From an uncultured virus (IMG/VR IMGVR_UViG_3300039136_000054) (Duplodnaviria; Heunggongvirae; Uroviricota; Caudoviricetes), in the IMG/VR virus record IMGVR_UViG_3300039136_000054: a stretch of 64,000 nucleotides of DNA. The stretch is one strand, 5' to 3'. The notes beneath the pieces were generated by a model that made no database searches, had not been told where the DNA came from, and saw only the letters and a program-made list of their open reading frames with translations. Position numbers and translations under genes: made by a program. Shown here one piece after another: positions 49,131 to 56,915 of the stretch (position 1 is the stretch's first letter; the number at the start of each line of letters is the position of its first letter).

Positions 49131-49205
49131 CTACTTGAAAAGTAGTGCATAATATGTTGCGATAACCAAGAGGGTCAAGCAGACCCTCTCATAGTTCCAC
49201 CTCAT
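49131..49205 (-). CDS. Putative 24-aa hydrophobic peptide coupled to gp32
   Basis: ATGA overlap with gp32 stop; MRWNYERVCLTLLVIATYYALLFK; ends just before terminator. Confidence 0.45.
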   Translation of the reverse strand: MRWNYERVCLTLLVIATYYALLFK

Positions 49206-50098
49206 TCTTCAGCGAGTTTCTGAAAGTAGGAGAGGGCATCGTCGTCGTCGGTCTCATTGGTAGAGACACTAGGTGCGGACGGGGTGATGTCAGGAGCGTT
49301 GAACCCACCAGTGGTAGGGATCGGATCCTCATCTTCCTCTTGCTGTGCCTGTTGGACAGGGCGAGAGGTGCCGAGCACAGCACCCATGCGGCTCTCGATC
49401 TCATCATAGGATTTGAATTGATCGGCAGCAGTGAATGCTTCCAGACTGTGTGCTTGCTTCCAGAGTTGTTCCATCTCGTCATCGTCTGCACTCAATGCAG
49501 TAGGTGCAGCGAACTCGGAAGCATCGTAGTTCCAGTAACCAGCAACGGTGCGGATCTTCAGTTTGAAGTTAGCACCTTCCCACAGATCAAAAGGATTGAC
49601 AGGGGTCTCATCATCGAACTCGGGTTGCATTGCAGCAAGGATCTTGTCATGGATCTTCTTGCCGTACTTGTACAGGAACACTTTGCCTTCGTTCTCTGGG
49701 TTAGCAGAGTCACGAACAACATAGATGTTGCTGTAGTAGGAGAGTTTACGCTTGCGTTGGCGAGCGACCTCCTTGTCGCTTTCGACACCGCTGTTCCACA
49801 GTTTGTTGTTTGCGGCACAGACAGGGCACTGCTCACCTTTAGTGGTGGGGCAGTTGTCGATCAACCAACCACCAGGACCTTGGAAGGCGTGGTTGTAGAG
49901 CTTTGCCCAGGGGAGAGACTCGTTCTCGGGAGCTGGCAGGAAACGGATGACTGCGTAACCGTTGCCAGAAGCGTCAAGTGCGGGCTTCCAGAGTCGTTCG
50001 TCGCCGCTGCTGTTTGCATTGGTGGACTTCTGAAGTTCCTTCTGAAGGAAATCAAAGTTGCTCTGGGACTTGCGCTTAAGTTCTGCGAAATTAGACAT
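49202..50098 (-). CDS. gp32: gp32 single-stranded DNA-binding protein
   Basis: DERLWKP..D.SGNGYAVIRFLP...CPVC...GKKIHDKI...GANFKLK...acidic tail. Confidence 0.95.
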   Translation of the reverse strand: MSNFAELKRKSQSNFDFLQKELQKSTNANSSGDERLWKPALDASGNGYAVIRFLPAPENESLPWAKLYNHAFQGPGGWLIDNCPTTKGEQCPVCAANNKLWNSGVESDKEVARQRKRKLSYYSNIYVVRDSANPENEGKVFLYKYGKKIHDKILAAMQPEFDDETPVNPFDLWEGANFKLKIRTVAGYWNYDASEFAAPTALSADDDEMEQLWKQAHSLEAFTAADQFKSYDEIESRMGAVLGTSRPVQQAQQEEDEDPIPTTGGFNAPDITPSAPSVSTNETDDDDALSYFQKLAEE

Positions 50099-50147
50099 GG
50101 ATGTTTTGGATGTTGGATGTGGCTTGTGTGACCCCTGTCACGAACGA

Positions 50148-50176
50148 ATTATAACACAGGCAGAAGGCAGGGTCAA
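50148..50176 (-). promoter_or_regulatory. Sigma70-type promoter of gp32
   Basis: TTGACC-N17-TATAAT. Confidence 0.75.
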
Positions 50177-50514
50177 GACCCTTCTGCCAGTAGTGTTTCC
50201 CTCATGACCTTGATCTTATCGACCAGATCATCGAACACTACACCAGCGTCCTCATTTTCAGACGCTCCGAACATGACAGCAGCTTGTTTAATGCTTTCTG
50301 CCATGTCAGTTGCCTCGGGATCATCGGACAACTTCAGTCTAGTATAAAAGACTTTCTGTTTCTCGATCATCTCCTGTAACACATCGAAATATTCTAGCTT
50401 TCTCTCGGGAGACAGTGCAGGAAATGTCATCGCTGCCTTCATGCAATACTCTTGCAGTTTGGCAAGTTCTTGTAGGTCACCTCGGACCATCTCGGATTGA
50501 AAGAAATCACTCAT
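50173..50514 (-). CDS. DUF1825 family protein
   Basis: FFQSEMVR...QKVFYTRLKLSDDPEA. Confidence 0.75.
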   Translation of the reverse strand: MSDFFQSEMVRGDLQELAKLQEYCMKAAMTFPALSPERKLEYFDVLQEMIEKQKVFYTRLKLSDDPEATDMAESIKQAAVMFGASENEDAGVVFDDLVDKIKVMRETLLAEGS

Positions 50515-50756
50515 ACCAATAGTAGTTTTGCTCGACTAGTTTTCTTAATGTAGTTCAGTTTCTGTGCATCATACTTAAGTTTTTCCTTAAGTGGTTTGCT
50601 AATAAGTTTGGGGACCGATTCGATCTCGATCTCATGGGTTTCACAGTAAAAAACGATTGCATCAATGTAGTTCATTGAGTTATCAAAGGCAATCTTCTCA
50701 ACTTCCTGCGAAAATTTCGCAGCGGTCATAAATTTATCCTCCAGTTTGTCTAGCAT
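50511..50756 (-). CDS. gp33: gp33 late-transcription coactivator
   Basis: NYIDAIVFYCE..EIEIESVPKLISKPLKEKLKYDA..LNY. Confidence 0.88.
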   Translation of the reverse strand: MLDKLEDKFMTAAKFSQEVEKIAFDNSMNYIDAIVFYCETHEIEIESVPKLISKPLKEKLKYDAQKLNYIKKTSRAKLLLV

Positions 50757-51426
50757 ATTTTTCCTGGTATTCTCGGATGTACTCTTGTAACCTAATAAGA
50801 TATTCTTTTTTAGGAGGCATCACTTTCACTTGAGTGTCACCATTTTCACAAGCAACAATCGTGACCAACTTCTTTACCGACAAACCGTATACTTCCTGCA
50901 GCATACAAGCGTAGCCACATTCTTGTACAAAATAGTCGTAAAGATATTGCTCCTTCTTTGGTGCTTCTGCTGTCTTGAAATCAATGATGGCAAGTTCTCC
51001 TTCATACTCTGCAATGCAGTCCACTCGTCCTGCAATTTGTAAATAGTCAGAGTATAATGCTGCCTCTTGTAGGTATACCCTATTTATACGTTCAAGAATT
51101 TCACGAGAAGAATGGAACATCGTCCATGGTAGAGGCATGTCCTTGTACTTCGTGGTATCAAGTTCGTTGTTGATGAAGTCCTCAACTAGTTTATGATACC
51201 GTGTGCCTCTACCTGCTGCACGAGTAGTCTTCGCTTGCGCTTTATCTTTACCTACCCGTGCTCTCCACTTGGCAAGACCTGCTTGCTTCTTTGCATTGTT
51301 ACTAATCACTGTGGTGATAGAAGGATACTTCCCACCTGTAGGAGTGACATAGTATCTCTTCCCATCAATCATCTCTGCGTTCATTTCAATAGGCGAGATG
51401 TCACCCACATGATTAAAGATATGCAT
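50734..51426 (-). CDS. PD-(D/E)XK exonuclease
   Basis: YPSITTV...RGTRYH...AGRVDCIAEY..ELAIIDFKT...Q..GYA. Confidence 0.85.
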   Translation of the reverse strand: MHIFNHVGDISPIEMNAEMIDGKRYYVTPTGGKYPSITTVISNNAKKQAGLAKWRARVGKDKAQAKTTRAAGRGTRYHKLVEDFINNELDTTKYKDMPLPWTMFHSSREILERINRVYLQEAALYSDYLQIAGRVDCIAEYEGELAIIDFKTAEAPKKEQYLYDYFVQECGYACMLQEVYGLSVKKLVTIVACENGDTQVKVMPPKKEYLIRLQEYIREYQEKYARQTGG

Positions 51427-52178
51427 TAAAGACCCAGGTTAATTTTGCTAATGAGATAAGATTTGACTAGACCAGAACGAACGATGTCCTCAATGTTGTA
51501 TTCAACTAGAGAGAACTCACTCATGTCCTGCAAGATACGTTGGAAGTCAACGATACCTGTGCGTTCATTACTCTTCTGCAAGTCAGACTGACGAGCGTCA
51601 CCACAGAACATGATCTTTGTGTCCTGACCACAGCGTGTCATGATTGAATCAAGTTCGTGGAAGTTTAAATTCTGACACTCATCGATAATTACAATAGCAT
51701 TATCAAGTGTGGTGCCACGCAAGAAAGATGTAGACCAGAATGATACAGTTTCCTGTGCCTTCAGATTTTCATACAGCATCTCAAAGCTGTTGTCATCAGG
51801 CATCTCGAACATGTATTTCACCATGTTTTTGTAAGGAATCTGATACAGAGATGCTTTATCCTCATGGGTTCCTGGTAGAAACCCGATCTCCCTCGTTGCG
51901 ACCAGGGATCTAACGATATAAACTTTATCATATGGACTGTTCTCATCTAGTACATCGCGCAATGCAAGGTACAATGCAACAAATGTTTTACCTGTACCAG
52001 CACACCCATAAGCATAGATGTTTTGCCCCTTACCATACTCTTCAAACATAACCCGTTGGTTATCTGTGAGAGGTTCGATAGGGAGGAGGTAGGAAGAATT
52101 AATTGGTTTCTTCCTTTTCATTTGTTTTGTAGACATACCATTAATGTCAGGTTGATTACGCTTTCTTGCTCTAGGCAT
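51426..52178 (-). CDS. phoH: PhoH family ATPase
   Basis: GCAGTGKT, GFLPG, RGTTLDNA.VIIDECQN, GDARQSD. Confidence 0.95.
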   Translation of the reverse strand: MPRARKRNQPDINGMSTKQMKRKKPINSSYLLPIEPLTDNQRVMFEEYGKGQNIYAYGCAGTGKTFVALYLALRDVLDENSPYDKVYIVRSLVATREIGFLPGTHEDKASLYQIPYKNMVKYMFEMPDDNSFEMLYENLKAQETVSFWSTSFLRGTTLDNAIVIIDECQNLNFHELDSIMTRCGQDTKIMFCGDARQSDLQKSNERTGIVDFQRILQDMSEFSLVEYNIEDIVRSGLVKSYLISKINLGL

Positions 52179-52181
52179 ATT

Positions 52182-52421
52182 TTACCACTCAATAGTTGAA
52201 CCAGGGACTTTAGATGCACGAGTCATGATGTCGTTCCATCCAGGATGAGTCTTGCTCATCTTATTTTTCCAGTGACCAGCTTCACCGACACCAGCGACAC
52301 CTGCTTGCCAATCTTTATCCCACTCGGGGTTGGCTTCCTTCCATTCACAATACTCTTTCATTGTCATGGAGAGTTCTTTCTTCTCCCCAGTCTCCTTATG
52401 AATTACTGGATACGTCGGCAT
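52182..52421 (-). CDS. Hypothetical protein
   Basis: MPTYPVIHKETGEKKELSM... (second Met taken as start). Confidence 0.7.
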   Translation of the reverse strand: MPTYPVIHKETGEKKELSMTMKEYCEWKEANPEWDKDWQAGVAGVGEAGHWKNKMSKTHPGWNDIMTRASKVPGSTIEW

Positions 52422-52632
52422 CTTCTTTCTCCTTTTTGTTGAATCCAAATGGTCCTGTAAGTTTCTCTTCTAGTGCCACCTTCAAAGCAACCCCACCGAT
52501 TGCTTCCATAACTTTGAGAACGTCTTCTGCTCTCGCATCTGAACCAAGTTCAGTGGCAACGTAACGATACTTCGGCCAGAAGTTTTCGCCTGCCTTTTCA
52601 TAGTCTTCAAGTGTAAGTAATTTCATAACCAT
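52396..52632 (-). CDS. Hypothetical protein
   Basis: 78-aa ORF in operon. Confidence 0.65.
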   Translation of the reverse strand: MVMKLLTLEDYEKAGENFWPKYRYVATELGSDARAEDVLKVMEAIGGVALKVALEEKLTGPFGFNKKEKEDADVSSNS

Positions 52633-53267
52633 CCAAGTGCTTCAGATACTGTAGGGAATTGTTCGATAAAGATTTTACGTGCGCCTTCTGCAATGTCCAT
52701 GTGTTCTTTCTGTGTACCATGTGCCGAGCGAAGATCAATGTAATGGATCCATGACCTACATGATCCTGTCATGTAGATTTTTGTGGGCACGGCGAGTGGG
52801 AGTACAAAACGAGCACACTCCTTTGCGATTGACGCATCGAGCATCTCTTTGTAGAGTTTCATACCAGCGGCAAAGTGCTGTTGCATTTTGATCTGGAACT
52901 CTTGCTTGGTGAAAGGATCAATGTCATCGATAGAGTTCTGTCGATTCTTTGTATCCTGACGACGCAATTCAGGTAGTGGGATTGTGTCACCTAGCAGAGA
53001 TGAATCTGCATAGCGTTGGGAAAACTCTTGATATGTGAACGAACGGTGACGCAGCACTTGAGCTGCCACACCGCGTGTTGTATTTATCTCAAGCGTCATG
53101 TATGCCTGCTCGAAGACAGACCAGTGCTGATGCTGTACGCAATACTTAAGGAGTCCCGCTACCTTCGGGTTCTCCTGGTTCGCTGGATTGCTCACCCTCG
53201 CTACGTACCCCATCGTCTTCTCCGCTTCTGGAGTTACGCTTACGAGATTCACTGATGTCATACCCAA
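52623..53267 (-). CDS. thyX: Flavin-dependent thymidylate synthase
   Basis: HWSVFEQ...QVLRHRSFTYQEFSQRY (RHR-x7-S) ...ECARFVLP. Confidence 0.95.
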   Translation of the reverse strand: MGMTSVNLVSVTPEAEKTMGYVARVSNPANQENPKVAGLLKYCVQHQHWSVFEQAYMTLEINTTRGVAAQVLRHRSFTYQEFSQRYADSSLLGDTIPLPELRRQDTKNRQNSIDDIDPFTKQEFQIKMQQHFAAGMKLYKEMLDASIAKECARFVLPLAVPTKIYMTGSCRSWIHYIDLRSAHGTQKEHMDIAEGARKIFIEQFPTVSEALGWL

Positions 53268-53418
53268 ATCCTTTCTGTTTTTGTGCGTTTTTAATTAGTG
53301 CTTCTTCAAGCATTGCATCATATAAATCACTGACTCCCGAATTGATTTCTTCAGGAGTCATTGTGTTGATGTTTTTCATCGCTTTCTTTAGTCGCCTGAC
53401 TTTTGATAGCTTCCTCAT
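53146..53418 (-). CDS. Hypothetical protein (3' end overlaps thyX)
   Basis: 90-aa ORF; N-terminal part fills intergenic space. Confidence 0.5.
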   Translation of the reverse strand: MRKLSKVRRLKKAMKNINTMTPEEINSGVSDLYDAMLEEALIKNAQKQKGFGYDISESRKRNSRSGEDDGVRSEGEQSSEPGEPEGSGTP

Positions 53419-53435
53419 ATTATATCATAGATTAG

Positions 53436-53597
53436 TTAGTCTGCATAGCCATCATCGTCGTCATCATACCTAGCGTAGGCAGCTGACACGTCTGGTTGTC
53501 TGGTGTATGCTTCGGGGTCTGAATAGATCTCTGCTTCCAGGGCGTTAAGCAAAGATTTAAGATTCTTGTGGATTAGTTTGAGTCTTTCTCTGTCCAT
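53436..53597 (-). CDS. Hypothetical 53-aa protein (not in ORF track)
   Basis: GGGAGG SD; MDRERLKLIHKNLKSLLNALEAEIYSDPEAYTRQPDVSAAYARYDDDDDGYAD. Confidence 0.7.
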   Translation of the reverse strand: MDRERLKLIHKNLKSLLNALEAEIYSDPEAYTRQPDVSAAYARYDDDDDGYAD

Positions 53598-53625
53598 AAA
53601 ACCTCCCTTTAATTATATAGTAGCA

Positions 53626-53652
53626 TAAAAAAAGGGGGTTTGCAACCCCCCC
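53626..53652 (-). terminator. Intrinsic terminator
   Basis: GGGGG-TTGCAAA-CCCCC-T8. Confidence 0.7.
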
Positions 53653-53656
53653 AGTC

Positions 53657-53830
53657 TTACATAAGAATACGTCTGCAGATTCTCTTACATTCTGTTTGAT
53701 TGAGCGCGTCACATTCAATCAGGCATTCGTAGTAGTCATCTAGTTTCTGGTTCTCTATTGCTAGATCATCCATTGTTTCTTCTAGATGTCTCCACTCATC
53801 CAACTGACTGCGTGACAGTAGTGTATGCAT
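53657..53830 (-). CDS. Small Cys-rich protein (CxxxC-x7-CxxxC)
   Basis: GGAGGTG SD before MHTLLSR; DDYYECLIECDALNQTECKRICRRIL. Confidence 0.7.
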   Translation of the reverse strand: MHTLLSRSQLDEWRHLEETMDDLAIENQKLDDYYECLIECDALNQTECKRICRRILM

Positions 53831-53956
53831 TTCCACCTCCAAGTCGATTGTACACATAATGTAGAGAGGGGGTTTGGTTCATGTCACACCTCCATGTAAT
53901 GCTGTACTATATAGAGAATTTGGTAGCAGATTTTACTATAATCGATGTGTTAGCAC

Positions 53957-53984
53957 AAAAAAAGAGAGGTAACTTGACCTCCCT
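53957..53984 (-). terminator. Intrinsic terminator ending riboswitch/DUF4278 transcript
   Basis: GGGAGGT-CAAGTT-ACCTCTC-T7. Confidence 0.65.
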
Positions 53985-54004
53985 TCACACAAACGTATTG
54001 AGTT

Positions 54005-54163
54005 TTATTGCTTCACGTTCCAGCTGGACTTGCCTCGCGATTTTAGATAAACCATCTTGGCATATGATACACCACGATAAGTCAAAAATCTAAAGACTTT
54101 ATCTGGATCGTGTTTGGCAGGGTCATAGTCTGGAAGATCATATTCAAGTCTGATCTTCAGCAT
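54005..54163 (-). CDS. 52-aa protein with DUF4278-like TYRGVSY motif (not in ORF track)
   Basis: MLKIRLEYDLPDYDPAKHDPDKVFRFLTYRGVSYAKMVYLKSRGKSSWNVKQ; G-rich SD. Confidence 0.6.
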   Translation of the reverse strand: MLKIRLEYDLPDYDPAKHDPDKVFRFLTYRGVSYAKMVYLKSRGKSSWNVKQ

Positions 54164-54171
54164 CTCTCCCC

Positions 54172-54267
54172 CTACAGTTTTTGCAGGAGTAGGATCTCAC
54201 CGTAAAGTAATGCGATGAATGCTGCACAACCTAGGGATGTTACTCCAACTAATTGTAGTGCTTGCAT
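54172..54267 (-). CDS. 31-aa hydrophobic peptide (not in ORF track)
   Basis: MQALQLVGVTSLGCAAFIALLYGEILLLQKL. Confidence 0.55.
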   Translation of the reverse strand: MQALQLVGVTSLGCAAFIALLYGEILLLQKL

Positions 54268-54272
54268 GACGA

Positions 54273-54440
54273 TCACTTAACGTAGGTGCGACCACGATAG
54301 CAGAATGTACCATGAGCTTCTTTGCTTTCTACGCAACGCTGATCATACTCGACACCACGATATGCGGTAGCGGTGATCTGTGCATCGTGCAGTGCAGCTG
54401 CCTTCTGGATCTGCTTCTTGATGAGAGTGAGGGTGTTCAT
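54273..54440 (-). CDS. DUF4278 family protein
   Basis: AYRGVEY and FCYRGRTY motifs; AGGAG SD before MNTLTLIK. Confidence 0.8.
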   Translation of the reverse strand: MNTLTLIKKQIQKAAALHDAQITATAYRGVEYDQRCVESKEAHGTFCYRGRTYVK

Positions 54441-54473
54441 TGTAGGTCTCCTAAAAGAATGGGATTGTCGCCC

Positions 54474-54658
54474 CGTTCCTTCAGTCGTTTGCGCCCCAAA
54501 CATCGAAACACTCTGGTACATAGTCCTTAACGGTATCTACCAGTTCTATTCTAACCTCTGACTCCAGGTGCTTTTGCTTTTGGATCCGAAGGATTAAAGC
54601 ATCGGCATCTGGACATGCCATCGATGAATACAAAAGTAATTCAAACATGGGGTGAACG
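54474..54658 (-). ncRNA. Glutamine riboswitch-like aptamer 2 (glnA/Downstream-peptide class) with ORF in P2 loop
   Basis: CGTTCACCCCA...TGGGGCGCAAACGACTGAAGGAACG; P1 CGTTC/GAACG; upstream of DUF4278. Confidence 0.7.
54481..54648 (-). CDS. 55-aa two-Cys protein nested in aptamer 2 (not in ORF track)
   Basis: MFELLLYSSMACPDADALILRIQKQKHLESEVRIELVDTVKDYVPECFDVWGAND. Confidence 0.65.
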   Translation of the reverse strand: MFELLLYSSMACPDADALILRIQKQKHLESEVRIELVDTVKDYVPECFDVWGAND

Positions 54659-54661
54659 CTC

Positions 54662-54894
54662 CGTTCCGCGACTTACTTGCGTCCTATGTATACAACCCGT
54701 CGCATTGACCTTCCACCTTTGTCTTGAGATATCCAATAATATTCATCTTCGATCGAAGATCAAGATGAGGATCTAATTGAATCTCCACTCGACGTTGGAG
54801 GAACCTTTCACACGACATGTGCCACCCGTAGGGGTTGCCGTCATCATGATGGGCAAGGGTCAATGCCAGCAGGATGCTGAACATAAGATGAACG
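54662..54894 (-). ncRNA. Glutamine riboswitch-like aptamer 1 with ORF in P2 loop
   Basis: CGTTCATCTTATGT...ACATAGGACGCAAGTAAGTCGCGGAACG; P1 CGTTC/GAACG, P2 TCTTATGT/ACATAGGA. Confidence 0.65.
54684..54884 (-). CDS. 66-aa two-Cys protein with hydrophobic N-terminus, nested in aptamer 1
   Basis: MFSILLALTLA...MSCERFL...VEGQCDGLYT. Confidence 0.7.
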   Translation of the reverse strand: MFSILLALTLAHHDDGNPYGWHMSCERFLQRRVEIQLDPHLDLRSKMNIIGYLKTKVEGQCDGLYT

Positions 54895-54902
54895 ATTGCT
54901 AT

Positions 54903-54948
54903 AGTATAGCATTACTATATATCTTATGTCAACTGTAACATCCGCTAC
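54903..54948 (-). promoter_or_regulatory. Sigma70 promoter with adjacent NtcA box
   Basis: GTA-N8-TAC (54935-54948) next to TTGACA (54927-54932), N18, TATACT (54903-54908). Confidence 0.7.
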
Positions 54949-54953
54949 ATTTA

Positions 54954-55217
54954 TTATTTCTTCTCTTTTGGTGCGTTAGGATCCACCCACAGCTTGGGAT
55001 TTGCTCTGCCTTCAGTCTGTACCATTGTAACAAAGTCTTTACGATACATGTCCCAGTAGTGATCGAAGATGTCTACTCTCTTACTGGCAGTCACGATATC
55101 AAACTTGGTCATACCATCTTGCAAATACTCTACCATGTATGCAGTGTATGGTAGAGAACGATCTTGACAAAGTGTGGGGTCACAATCTTTGTGGATGTAT
55201 TTAATTCCTTTCCCCAT
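54954..55217 (-). CDS. Hypothetical protein
   Basis: MGKGIKYIHKDCDP...; start reassigned to abut upstream stop. Confidence 0.7.
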   Translation of the reverse strand: MGKGIKYIHKDCDPTLCQDRSLPYTAYMVEYLQDGMTKFDIVTASKRVDIFDHYWDMYRKDFVTMVQTEGRANPKLWVDPNAPKEKK

Positions 55218-55651
55218 CAGGCGCGACTCCCCCACTGAATTTGGGGGAACGCTTGTTCCACACATGCCCTGGTGATCTTCCAACGCTTGCCAAGTTTCTT
55301 GTCTTTGACCAGAACCAGAACCTCTGCTTCTCCTTCAGACAAACCCTCCAGCATTTGGATGAACAGTTCCTCTCGCTTGGACTGCTTAAGGGTGCTGCTA
55401 CCGCCCTTGAAGAAGAGATAGAGCTTGCGGTACTCTTTCTCCAGAACTGTGTGCTCCGTCCCTTCAGGGGCATCGTTGGGGGTGTAGGGAACCTCTCCTG
55501 GTGGCAACAGACTGACGATGCTCTCGTCAAAGTTTGCAATCAGAATCGAGCGAAGTGCATTGGTGTTGTACTCCTTCAGAAGTTTGACCTTCTCTGGTTT
55601 TGTCTTCGCGTTGCTCACTTTCTGGAGCACTTCATTGATTAACAATTTCAT
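55217..55651 (-). CDS. Conserved T4-like phage protein
   Basis: LLINEVLQKV...LPPGEVPY...KREELFIQMLEGL. Confidence 0.75.
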   Translation of the reverse strand: MKLLINEVLQKVSNAKTKPEKVKLLKEYNTNALRSILIANFDESIVSLLPPGEVPYTPNDAPEGTEHTVLEKEYRKLYLFFKGGSSTLKQSKREELFIQMLEGLSEGEAEVLVLVKDKKLGKRWKITRACVEQAFPQIQWGSRA

Positions 55652-56511
55652 TTATCAAAGGGTGATGAACTACGAAAAAAGAATTCCTGCAACAAATCAT
55701 TCAGTTGATGTTCCTTGAAGTATTCCAAGGGAACTTTCTTTCCACTGATATTTATGGAGTTGTATTCATCGAGAATTTTTTCCTCGATCTCTTCTGGAAC
55801 ATAATCAAAGTCAATCAAGTTTTGATTGCGATGATAGTTTGCCAGTTGCTGTGTGCTAGTACAGAACTCTGCTGGGTCCTGGTTGATCCACTTGGCAACT
55901 TTCTTTTGACTGATAGGTTTCTGTCGTACACCAACAACAAACGTATCATCATCAGATAGAAAGTTAGGGATACCATCTGACTTGTCCCCACGCATCACAT
56001 GCTCCTTGATATATTGCCAAGGATCATCATGAGACACAGGTCTCTTTGTGATTGGATTGTACTGCCTTACTCCTGGGTATTTCTGCAATTGAATGAAATC
56101 CTTATCCCCAGATAAAATAAGAATCCTGTCCTTCGGTCCCTTGTTCTTGCACAATGTAGAGATTACATCATCTGCTTCGGCACCGTGGACTTCTACTACC
56201 TTGTAAGGAAAGTATTCTCGAATCTCATCTCTAATTTTGTTTAGGACTTCAAAGATTGCTGTCCAGTTGTGAGATGATTCTGCTCTTGCTTTCTTTCTAC
56301 TTGCTTTGTAGAAAGGAAAGATGTCCTTACGCCAGTAGTGTCTGCTATCGTATGCTAAAACAACTTCACCATAGTCTTCGGCGTATTGTTTCTCGTATGA
56401 ACGGAGACTGGTGAGCACCATATGTCTCACCAGTTTCTCATTCAATTCACTTTGTTTGATCTGTGCCATCAGGTTACTAATCATAACCTGATTCATATCA
56501 ATAATAACCAT
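55648..56511 (-). CDS. rnh: T4-type RNase H (5'-3' exonuclease)
   Basis: IIDMNQV...YWRKDIFPFYKASRK...EADDVI...SGDKDFIQL...GDKSDGIPN. Confidence 0.93.
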   Translation of the reverse strand: MVIIDMNQVMISNLMAQIKQSELNEKLVRHMVLTSLRSYEKQYAEDYGEVVLAYDSRHYWRKDIFPFYKASRKKARAESSHNWTAIFEVLNKIRDEIREYFPYKVVEVHGAEADDVISTLCKNKGPKDRILILSGDKDFIQLQKYPGVRQYNPITKRPVSHDDPWQYIKEHVMRGDKSDGIPNFLSDDDTFVVGVRQKPISQKKVAKWINQDPAEFCTSTQQLANYHRNQNLIDFDYVPEEIEEKILDEYNSINISGKKVPLEYFKEHQLNDLLQEFFFRSSSPFDK

Positions 56512-56731
56512 CCTCGTCGGAATCCTCCTCGTCTACGAAACGTACTGATAAGAGTTCTTCGTTGACGACCATACCTTCATCATCATACATTTCTGGATGT
56601 TGTGGAAGATTTGATCGTGTATTCATGTAAGCATAAAGAAAATCGTTTGCTGTCCATCCGATTAGACCGCCGACAATTCCAAACAGAAACATTAGGATTG
56701 TCGAAAAGGTTAGGATTACTGCAGTCGTCAT
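56498..56731 (-). CDS. Small membrane protein
   Basis: N-terminal TM helix, HPEMYD motif. Confidence 0.65.
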   Translation of the reverse strand: MTTAVILTFSTILMFLFGIVGGLIGWTANDFLYAYMNTRSNLPQHPEMYDDEGMVVNEELLSVRFVDEEDSDEDGYY

Positions 56732-56744
56732 GGCTCTTCTCCTG

Positions 56745-56915
56745 TTAGGTAGTGCTCTCCTCCCTCCAGGTAAATTCAATCTTAAATTGAAATACTTTTT
56801 TTAGGAGAGCTAAACTGTGATTGATCTTGATTCCCCGCTCACTCGGCGGCGGGGGTGCTTTCGCCCTCCTACGAAGCATTAACTCCACACCTTTATTTAT
56901 CTGGAGATCATCCAT
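56745..56915 (-). CDS. Hypothetical protein
   Basis: MDDLQINKGVELMLRRR... Confidence 0.55.
   Translation of the reverse strand: MDDLQINKGVELMLRRRAKAPPPPSERGIKINHSLALLKKVFQFKIEFTWREESTT

Noticed and set aside
49340..50131. 263-aa ORF antisense to gp32
   Set aside because: Antisense shadow of a codon-biased gene
50734..51426. Cas4-like nuclease suggesting a CRISPR system
   Set aside because: Ordinary T4-like PD-(D/E)XK exonuclease in its usual context; no repeat-spacer array found
52178..52200. Pho box upstream of phoH
   Set aside because: phoH is mid-operon with a 3-bp gap; no tandem Pho-box repeats seen
54441..54521. N-terminal extension of the DUF4278 ORF (82 aa in ORF track)
   Set aside because: The extension crosses the riboswitch; the SD (AGGAG) supports a start at 54440
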